Below, one piece after another: positions 54,219 through 64,000 of a stretch of DNA of 64,000 nt (its first letter is position 1; each line of letters starts with the position of its first letter). The notes beneath the pieces were generated by a model. It saw only the letters and a program-made list of their open reading frames with translations. It searched no databases and had not been told where the DNA came from. The position numbers and the translations under genes are program-made. This DNA is from Neocallimastix sp. 'constans'. Taxonomy: Eukaryota. Location: the NCBI GenBank assembly GCA_050613775.1, contig JBODTK010000012.1, forward strand, positions 124,001 to 188,000, given 5' to 3'.

Positions 54219-54944
54219 CGAAACGTCATTCATATTAAAAAAAAAAAAAAAAAAATGTAATATGTTAAAAGAATAAAAAAAAAAAATAAAAAATAAAAAA
54301 TAAAAAATAAAATGAAATAAAAAAAATAAAAAACTTTATTTATTATTTTTCATATTTCATATTTCATATTTCATTTTATATGTACATATATAAATATTTA
54401 TTTTGTAGTTTAATTTAAAAAAAAAAAAAAAAAAAAAAGTTTTTTTAATTAAAGTTAATAAATGGTCAGAGATACCCTTATTAAATGAGTTGCCTACAGG
54501 TGTAATCGTCAGATAATCTCTTTTAATTTATGGTTGAACAACAATAATAAAGTCAATACAAAAATACCTCCTACGTAATATTATTCCTTTCTTTTTTTTT
54601 TTTTGTATTTACAATTATTCTATACTAGAAATTATTCTTTGTTATTAGAAATGATAATCAATATCATCATCATCATAATAATAATAATAATAAGAATAAG
54701 AAGAAGAATTATTATTAAAAGTTTATAAACTATTTTAATATCTATAATTTTAAATATATATATATATAAATATATTATTTATTATTTATTATTTATTATT
54801 TATTGATTATTATTTATTATATATTTGGTTATTTGGTAATTTTTATTTCTTATTTTTTATTTTTTATTTTTTTTTTTAATAAAAAATATGAAATATATAT
54901 AATTAAATACCAAATAATTGAAAAAGCTTCTTTTTGTTTTTATT

Positions 54945-54977
<33 letters not shown>

Positions 54978-55287
54978 TTTATTTTTATTATTTTTATTAT
55001 TATTAATTATTAATTTTCTGTTAATACTTTCATTAATGATGTTAAAAATAATATGTATTTTTTTATATCATCCTTTATAACCTCTAAAATGTTTATGTAT
55101 TTACATATGGAATTTTTAATTTATAAATATATATATATTAAAAGTTTTATATAATAATGAAATCTAAATGAAATCAAATAATAAAAAAAATATATATATA
55201 TATACACATTATATACATACAGATTTAATATTACTATTAAATCACCACATCAGCAAATTAAATTTTAGTTCTATTAAAATTAATCTA

Positions 55288-55328
<41 letters not shown>

Positions 55329-55330
55329 AA

Positions 55331-55404
<74 letters not shown>

Positions 55405-55489
55405 AATCTTTTTCTTTTTTATTAATAAATTAAATTTAGGTATAAATAATAATTATATAAATTTAAAATTTTGAAAAATTTTAAAATTC

Positions 55490-55526
<37 letters not shown>

Positions 55527-56186
55527 TTCTAAAATTTTTTTTGTTTATTTTTTTTAATTTTTTAGTTTTTTAATTTTTCCATTTTTAAATAATTTTTTAA
55601 ATGCTGATAATAAAAAATTTGACAGGAAATTTATCACAGTTTATTTTAAAATAACAAAATTTATTCAGATTTTAAATTCTAATATCAAATTTAGAAATTT
55701 ATTAACATTAAAAATATTTTATTATTGTATAAGAAAAAAAAAAAATTCCTTTATAGTTTTTATTTAAAAAAAAAAAAAAAATAAAAATAAATATAAGTTA
55801 ATTATAATTGAAATAATAACTAAATTACATCTTTATTAATGTAAAACAAACCAACAAACAAACAAACAAAAAAAAAAAAAAAAAAAAAAATAACAAAATA
55901 TATATAATATTATATATTTTATCTTTATTAAAGTAAAACCAAAAAAAAAAAAAAATTTACTTAAAAAGTAAAAATGATAAAGATATAAATTTTTATGTAA
56001 TAATTAAAAAGGTCATGTATATATATTATAATAAAATGTAAATAAGGTATATATTTCTATAAATTGAATTTTATTTTTAAAAATTTAAGATTAAAAATCA
56101 TAATAAAAGATATAAAATAAAAAAAAAAAAAAAGAAAAAACTTTTAATATTATATATATATATATTTTATCATATTTTTAATTTTT

Positions 56187-56217
<31 letters not shown>

Positions 56218-56262
56218 TTTTCTTTTTAGTTTGTTGTTGTTATGATATATATTTAAGAAACC

Positions 56263-56711
56263 ATGAATACAATTAATACCAAGTATACACAAATAAAATA
56301 TTTAATTTTTGAATATTATAATGGTAAAAATGTGGATAGAACAGTAATGGAAAATTTTGTACAGGATCAAGTGACTTCTTCAACAAAATTAAATACAGAA
56401 ACATTGGATATACTGATTTACGCTATCGACTGTGCTAACAAAAATGATACCTATTCTGCTGAACCTATACATTTATTTTTACGTCATGGTTTTTATCCTA
56501 ACTTAAATTATGTTAAACGAGGAAGACATGGTCCCTTTAAAATACCTCTTTTCTACGCTATCGCTAAATCACAATTTATTATTGCAAATCTATTAATGAA
56601 ATATGGTGCAAATATCAATTACCTCTACGATAATCCTCTACATCATTATTCTATAATAAGCAATATTCATCATCATCATCATCATCATCATCTTAATCAT
56701 GGCACTACTAC

Positions 56712-56797
<86 letters not shown>

Positions 56798-57552
56798 ATA
56801 AAGAAAATATTACAGATTATTTAATAAATTATTTTCCAAGACATATAAATAAAAATATAATGAGCTTTATTTTACAGAAAGGCTTCAAAATCAAATATAT
56901 GAAAAAGGAATTTATCGAAAAATTAATTTTTTATAATCAGTCAGAGGTTGTGGAAACATTTTTTGAATTTTTTTGTATGGATAATAATTATATTTTAAAT
57001 TTCTTAATGATTTATAAAAATAAAAAATCACTTTCGGTGGATCAAATAAAGGAAATGATTCATCATAACTATCGGATTAAACAATCCATTCTTCCCTTTC
57101 GTATTTCTTATTTCATGTATAGATGGGCTATCCATCATCGTAGGTACAATATTCAAATTTTACTCTTAAATTTTGATCGAAAATCTTCCAAAAATATTTT
57201 GAAACAAATTCGTCATTTACGAATGTTTCATTCCTTAATTACCTCAATCCATCGCAACAGTGTCTCCGGTTCGAATGAAGCACAACTTCAATTAGCCAAT
57301 CAACTTTTAGATTATGAATTTAACCCTGATTTTTTCAATCCTTCTGCGCTAGAAATATATCTCGTCAAGTTTTATCAAATGAATGCCATCCATTCCTGGT
57401 TATTTAAATTGGTCATGAGACGATTAAAGAAACTTCCTCAATCGCTCATTCAACAAATTAATTTTAAAAATGTCTCAAGAATATTAAGTAAAAATCATTC
57501 TCCCGAAAATGTTCAGGTCTATCAAAATTTATTTTTTTCCTTTTTATTTTAA
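56263..57552 (+). CDS. Uncharacterised 429-aa protein with one ankyrin-like repeat and poly-His/Asn/Ser tracts
   Basis: Long ORF with ATG; IPLFYAIAKSQFIIANLLMKYGANINY; MDNNYILNFLMIYKNKKSLS resembles YDNEFIKWLLHLYKNKTFIS of the other ankyrin genes. Confidence 0.8.
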
Positions 57553-57612
57553 TCAAAAGATTCACGGATCATCTCAGGAATATATAAATATTTTAATAGT
57601 AAAAACACAAAA

Positions 57613-57651
<39 letters not shown>

Positions 57652-57927
57652 TAAAAAATTATAAAAAGAATATATAAAAAAAAAAAAAAAACATAAAAAA
57701 TATAAATAAATAAATAAAAAGCTTTATATCAAATAATTTATTTTAAATATCACAATATATTCAATATATATATATAATTACAATTACAAATATATATATA
57801 ATATATAATATATAAAGAAAAATTATTAGGAATAATTCATGTTATTCCTTTTAAATCATAATAATAGAAAAAAAAAAAGTTAATACTATCGTTATTATAA
57901 TGTTTTCATATTTTTTTTTCAATATTA

Positions 57928-57967
<40 letters not shown>

Positions 57968-58032
57968 TTATTAAAATATAAACATTTTCAAATATTACCA
58001 TAATGTAAATTTATATTATCTATTAATAATTG

Positions 58033-58069
<37 letters not shown>

Positions 58070-58096
58070 TATATAATAATTATTAATTAATTTAAT

Positions 58097-58140
<44 letters not shown>

Positions 58141-58528
58141 AGTACTTTTTTATTTTATTTTATTTTTTTTTATTTTTTTTAATTTTTTTTATTTATTTAG
58201 TATTTATCATTTTTATTTTTTTTTAACTGTTCTTATTTTTTTATTTCTATAAAAAATTAATACTAATACTATTATTAATTAAAAATAAATAGTATTACTT
58301 TTTTTTTTTTTTTTTATTAATTCTTTATATCTTTCCTTTATATTATAGATGTTGACTGGTGTTGTTGGTGTTGTTGGTATTGATGTTTTTAAGGTCTGTT
58401 AGCCTAGCTAGAGATGTTGACAATACCTTAAAATGATGTGTTGGTGTTATTGATGTCTCTATTACTTTGTTGGAGGAGAGGCGACAGAAGTTGACGTTGG
58501 AGGTTAAGAAGGAAATGACTCTTTGAAT

Positions 58529-58568
<40 letters not shown>

Positions 58569-58629
58569 CATTTTTTTTTTTTTTTTTTTAAATTTAAAAA
58601 ATAAAAAATTTTTTTTATTTAAATTTTCC

Positions 58630-58689
<60 letters not shown>

Positions 58690-58754
58690 TGGCAAAGTCA
58701 AATATATATGTATATATATATATATATAATTTTAAACCTCATTCATTCATTCAT

Positions 58755-58813
<59 letters not shown>

Positions 58814-59324
58814 GAACTTTATAAATAAAAATATTGTATTGTGCTCTTTTTAAAGATTTATATCAATAGATTTTTTTTTTTTTTTTTTTTTTGTATCTTT
58901 TAATTTCAAAACTAATCAATAGATATATTTAATCATAATTAATTATTACAAAATAAATAATAAATAATAAATAATATAATATAAAAAAAGATGAAAAAAA
59001 AAAAAAAAAATAAAAAAAAAAAATTTGAAAAAAAAAAAAAATGAAATAATGAGAATATAAAGGAAAAATAATAATTTTTTTTTTAAAAAAAAAAAAAAAT
59101 AAAAAAAAAAAAAAAATTTATTAAAACTTTTTAAATTCATTGAAATTATGTATTTCTTTTTCTTTTATTATTATAATTTTTTATATATATGAAATAATTT
59201 ATACATTATTTTTTAAATTTTTAATTGATTTATTTATTTAATTTTTCTTTTTTTTTATTTTTTAAAATTTTTCGTAATAATTTAAAATTTGATATTAATA
59301 AATATTTGTTTTTTGATTTAGTTT

Positions 59325-59355
<31 letters not shown>

Positions 59356-59794
59356 GTAGTAGTTTAATATTGTATTTATAAATAATATCTTTTTTTTTTT
59401 TTTTTATAATATAAATATTAATAAATAATTTAAAAAAACTTTTTTTTTTTTATAATAATATATTGATACTTCATTTTTTTTAAATATTAATATTAAATAT
59501 AATGGTTTATATATATATATATATAATTATATATTTTAAATATTTTTTGTTTTATAAAATAATTTTCTTTCTTTCTTTTTTTTTTTTTGTAATGATTTTT
59601 GGTTTTTATGGAATGGATTTTTTTTTTCTTTATATGTCAATTTAAATCTAAAAATAGTGAAAATAATATTTATTTTATTTTTACTTTATCAAAAAGTAAA
59701 ATGAAAATAAAAATTATTTATAATATTATATTAAATTATAGTATTATTCTTTTTATATATATATTTAAATTGTTTAATTTTTATTACATTATAA

Positions 59795-59828
<34 letters not shown>

Positions 59829-59977
59829 TATATATATATAATTTATTATTATATTTTATAATGGAAGAGGGAGAGGTGTTTTTTTTTTTATATTTATATA
59901 TAACACATTCTATTTTATTCCCTAATGGAAGTTCCCTTTAAAAAAAAAAAAAAAAAAAAAAAATTTTTTTTTTTTTT

Positions 59978-61769
59978 CTATTCAGTGATAAACCATTCAT
60001 AAGGAGAAACATCAAGTTCCATTGGCATACATTGATAGAAGTTTATATGGTACATTACACACTTGGTTCCTGGTTCACAACAATTTGGCGCATTTGGATA
60101 ATCTAAACCACCACAATTTTCATAGGCTCTTGCACATTTACCTTGAGTAGAATTACCAGTAGGTTGAGCAGAGGATGTAGTAGTAGTAGTGGTGGTGGTG
60201 GTGGTTACTGGTTTAGTGGTTTTTGGTTTTACAACAGTTGTAGTAATGGTAGTTGTTGTTGTTGTTGTTGTTGTTGCTGGCTTTACAACAGTGGTAGTAG
60301 TGGTAGTAGTGGTAGCTGGTTCTGAGGAAGTAGTTGTGATAGTAGTAGTAGTTGTAGTAGTTGTTGGCTTTTCAGAAGTAATTACAGTAGTAGTAGTTGT
60401 TGGCTTTACAGAAGTAATTACAGTAGTAGTAGTTGTTGGCTTTACAGAAGTAATTACAGTAGTAGTGGTAGTCGTAGTGGTAGTCGTAGTCGGATTGACA
60501 GCGTAGTCAGGAATACATTGATGGTAGTTTGGATTCTTTTGTAAGCAAGCGAAACCCGGTTCGCAACAGGTTGGAGCATCTGGATGTTCAAGACCACCAC
60601 ATGGTTCATAAGCCTTAGCACACTTTTGAACGGAAGTTGGCGAAACAACAGAAGTTGAAGTAGTAGTGGTAGCGGAAGTGGTAGCTGGTTCTGAGGAACT
60701 AGTTGTGATAGTAGTAGTAGTAGTTGTAGTAGTTGTTGGCTTTACAGAAGTAATTACAGCAGTAGTAGTTGTTGGCTTTACAACAGTGGTAGTAGTGGTA
60801 GTAGTAGTGGTAGTCGTAGTCGTTGGATTGACAGCGTAGTCAGGAATACATTGATGGTAGTTTGGATTCTTTTGTAAGCAAGCGAAACCCGGTTCGCAAC
60901 AGGTTGGAGCATCTGGATGTTCAAGACCACCACATGGTTCATAAGCCTTAGCACACTTTTGAACGGGAGTTGGCGAAACAACAGAAGTTGAAGTAGTAGT
61001 GGTAGCGGAAGTGGTAGCTGGTTCTGAGGAACTAGTTGTGATAGTAGTAGTAGTAGTTGTAGTAGTTGTTGGCTTTACAGAAGTAATTACAGCAGTAGTA
61101 GTTGTTGGCTTTACAACAGTGGTAGTAGTGGTAGTAGTAGTGGTAGTCGTAGTCGTTGGATTGACAGCGTAGTCAGGAATACATTGATGGTAGTTTGGAT
61201 TCTTTTGTAAGCAAGCGAAACCCGGTTCGCAACAGGTTGGAGCATCTGGATGTTCAAGACCACCACATGGTTCATAAGCCTTAGCACACTTTTGAACGGA
61301 AGTTGGCGAAACAACAGAAGTTGAAGTAGTAGTGGTAGCGGAAGTGGTAGCTGGTTCTGAGGAACTAGTTGTGATAGTAGTAGTAGTAGTTGTAGTAGTT
61401 GTTGGCTTTACAGAAGTAATTACAGTAGTAGTAGTTGTTGGCTTTACAGAAGTAATTACAGTAGTAGTAGTTGTTGGCTTTACAGAAGTAATTACAGTAG
61501 TAGTAGTTGTTGGCTTTACAGAAGTAAATACAGTAGTAGTGGTAGTAGTAGTGGTAGTGGTAGTTGTTGGATTAACAGCGTAGTCAGGAATACATTGATG
61601 GTAGTTTGGATTCTTTTGTAAGCAAGCGAAACCCGGTTCGCAACAGGTTGGAGCATCTGGATGTTCAAGACCACCACATGGTTCATAAGCCTTAGCACAC
61701 TTTTGAACGGAAGTTGGCGAAACAACAGAAGTTGAAGTAGTAGTGGTAGTGGTAGTAGTAGATGGTTTT

Positions 61770-61810
<41 letters not shown>

Positions 61811-64000
61811 GGTGAAAATAGTAGAAGTAGCTGTTAATGGTTCAGTTGTAATATCTTCTTCTTTTGTAGTGGTAGTAATAGTAGAAGTTGCTGTTAATGG
61901 TTCAGTTGTAATATCTTCTTCTTTTGTAGTGGTAGTAATAGTAGAAGTAGCGGTTAATAGTTCAGTAGTAGTAATATCTTCTTCTGTAATAGTAGTAGAG
62001 GAAGCTAATAAACTAGACATAACTTCATCAGGAATACATTGATGATAGAGTTCATATCTAGTATCACAAGTACTACCTGGTTCACAACATTTTGGAGCAT
62101 TAGGGAATATAGTACCACCACACATTTCAAAGACTCTTGCACACTTTATTGGTTCTGCGGCACCCGTAGTAGTTTCTTCCTCAACTGTAGTTGAATCTGG
62201 AGTATCGGTAGTAGTAGCAATTGTAGTTGTAGTAGTAGTAGAGGTAGTGGTAGTAGTGGTGGTAGTAATAGTAGTTTCCTCTTGTTTTTTACAAGTGTAA
62301 GGAATGGAACACCATTCTCCATTTTCGATACCCCAATCTTCTGAATCAGTGAAGACGACATCACATTTTTCACAACATTTATAACCGCTACCACTTGGAC
62401 AAAGTTGAATATCGGTGATACCACACCATTCATTATTTTCAATACCATACCATTTCCCGGCACTCTGAGAAAAGTACTCTAATTTAGTATTCTTCAAGGT
62501 ACAGCAACGGTAACCTAATTTTTCAGACCAACAGCCTTCAATGACCGGATTTTCAAAGAGACACCAATCTCCTCCTTCAATACCCCATTGACCAACAGCA
62601 TCCGTGGTTTGGACAGTCGTCGTATCTAAAATGCAGCAGTTGTAACCAGAGTTACGACAACCACCATTCTTTTCTTCCAAGGTCACCGTATTAACTTCAT
62701 ACTTGAAATCATTACCTAAATATTCCTGTGCGTAGGAGCAATCCAATTTATAGTTACTACAAATAAACTTGAATCGTTCAACGATCCAACGCTTCAAACC
62801 AATAATACGATCATCATTGTAGTGATCGTCACTGGAATACTTACGAAGAATGTAAGTAGTGTATTCAGAATTATTTAAGAAATCCTCATAAGTGAAATAA
62901 TCTTCAATCTTAAGGTTGACACGTTTTACTCTACCAGGAAGGTTACCACTTTCATCTGGAGTACGATCCTTTTTAACGTAAGGAGCAATGAATTCCTTTA
63001 ATTTATCGATACGTGGGAGGAGCTTTTTAGGATTGAAAGCCTTTCTCATGATTTCATCAAGATCCTTAATAAGTTCTTCATTTTCATCGTTTAGGTCGAG
63101 GATCTTGAAGAGAGGATTAGTGTCATCATAGATTTCTCGATTGAAGGTTCTTTCCGTCATAGAATCCTTGTAAGCACCAAAATCACTATCAAAATCGTAA
63201 AGTAAAGGAATCCACATATCATTACCGGAGGTGGTATCATGATACATGTAGAGACATTGATTATGAGCACTAGTAATATGATCCCAAGAACCTAATAAGT
63301 ATTTTAAGGCTTGCCATTTAATGAAGGTCTTCACATCAAAGAATTTTTCGAGTTCTTCTCGAGTTTGCGTTTGAGCTAAACGATCTTGGAAATTTTTGAA
63401 ATCTACATCATCGACAATTTCTTCATCATCGTTGATACAATTAAAGAATTTATTATTCCCGTATTCACCATCACAGGTGTAGAGATGTTTCGTCGATTTT
63501 TCTCCAAACTTTTCTTCAATCCATTGAGCCTTGAAAGCATCCCTTATGGCGAAGAGACCCATGTATTTATTGTTGAAGAAGACTTCAACAAAATTAGAGG
63601 AAAGAGAAGGTAACTCCACGACATTACAAATATCATAAGCCAACTTTTCTCTAAGGAAGGAAGGATCCACGGCTTCAGAACGTAAACGGATTTGTTTTCT
63701 ATCAAATAGCTTTCCCTTTTTCACCTTAATATTGTAACCTAACTTTTCGAAATTTTTAGTGTACTTTCCACCTACCGTAAAACGAATACTTGGAAGTTCA
63801 GTGACATCTCCATTGATGTCAAAAGTTAAACTGGCTTCATCGGTAGTATAATCTGGAATTTTTACAAAACCAAAACTTGTGGAGAGGACTTGTTCTAAGG
63901 TATAGTTCGTATAAGTTGTGAGGATATGTTCAAATTCGGATAAGGTAATATCAGTCTTTTGAGTAATTTCTAAATCCTTACTATCAGTAATCGTAGATTT
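59978..64000 (-). CDS. CotH kinase-family protein with 3 fungal dockerin (CBM10-like) domains and 6 CBM1 domains on Thr-rich linkers; 5' end lies outside the window
   Basis: Frame is open to 64000 (GGKYTKNFEKLGYNIK upstream of the listed ORF). CotH motifs DPSFLREKLAYD, YMGLF, LGSWDH, YDFDSDFG; dockerins GYxCC...W(Y)GIExxxWC x3; CBM1 CGG...CC..G..C......Y.QC x6. Confidence 0.93.
60330..61745 (-). repeat. Intragenic tandem repeat of CBM1 + linker (333-bp period twice, 411 bp once)
   Basis: Four identical CAKAYEPCGGLEHPDAPTCCEPGFACLQKNPNYHQCIP units; the shadow ORF starts at 60648, 60981, 61314 and 61725 give the spacing. Confidence 0.95.

Noticed and set aside
58345..58530. GC-richer island as a gene or ncRNA
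   Set aside because: No supported ORF, structure or second copy in the window; probably a repeat remnant but cannot be assigned.
60143..63613. Val-rich and other short ORFs over the CotH gene
   Set aside because: Shadows of the Thr-rich linkers and CBM1 repeats.

Overview
Extremely AT-rich eukaryotic DNA with GT-AG introns. The CotH kinase fused to non-catalytic dockerins, the expanded ankyrin family and the base composition point to an anaerobic gut fungus (Neocallimastigomycota; inference). The first ~24 kb is accessory DNA: three tandem paralogous ankyrin-repeat genes (minus strand), a Mutator-like (MULE) transposon with a 9-bp TSD and an internal 47-bp minisatellite, an intact Ty1/copia element with identical LTRs, a MULE-type MITE, and several LINE remnants. 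The rest holds another ankyrin gene, a 4-exon DUF1769-like gene with a 10-nt microexon, a 7-exon AAR2 gene, an internally deleted LINE, a large Asn-rich ankyrin protein, an uncharacterised ORF, and the 3' part of a CotH + 3 dockerin + 6 CBM1 gene. Most notable: (1) the copia element has TG...TA LTRs and a primer-binding site complementary to the anticodon arm of tRNA-Lys(CUU), suggesting half-tRNA priming by a non-Met tRNA; (2) two ankyrin paralogs carry an in-frame stop inside a 48-nt GTAAGT...TAG segment that is ordinary exon in the third paralog (candidate intronization); (3) the ankyrin array has a constant framework with variable positions and variable repeat number. All alignments and counts were done by eye.
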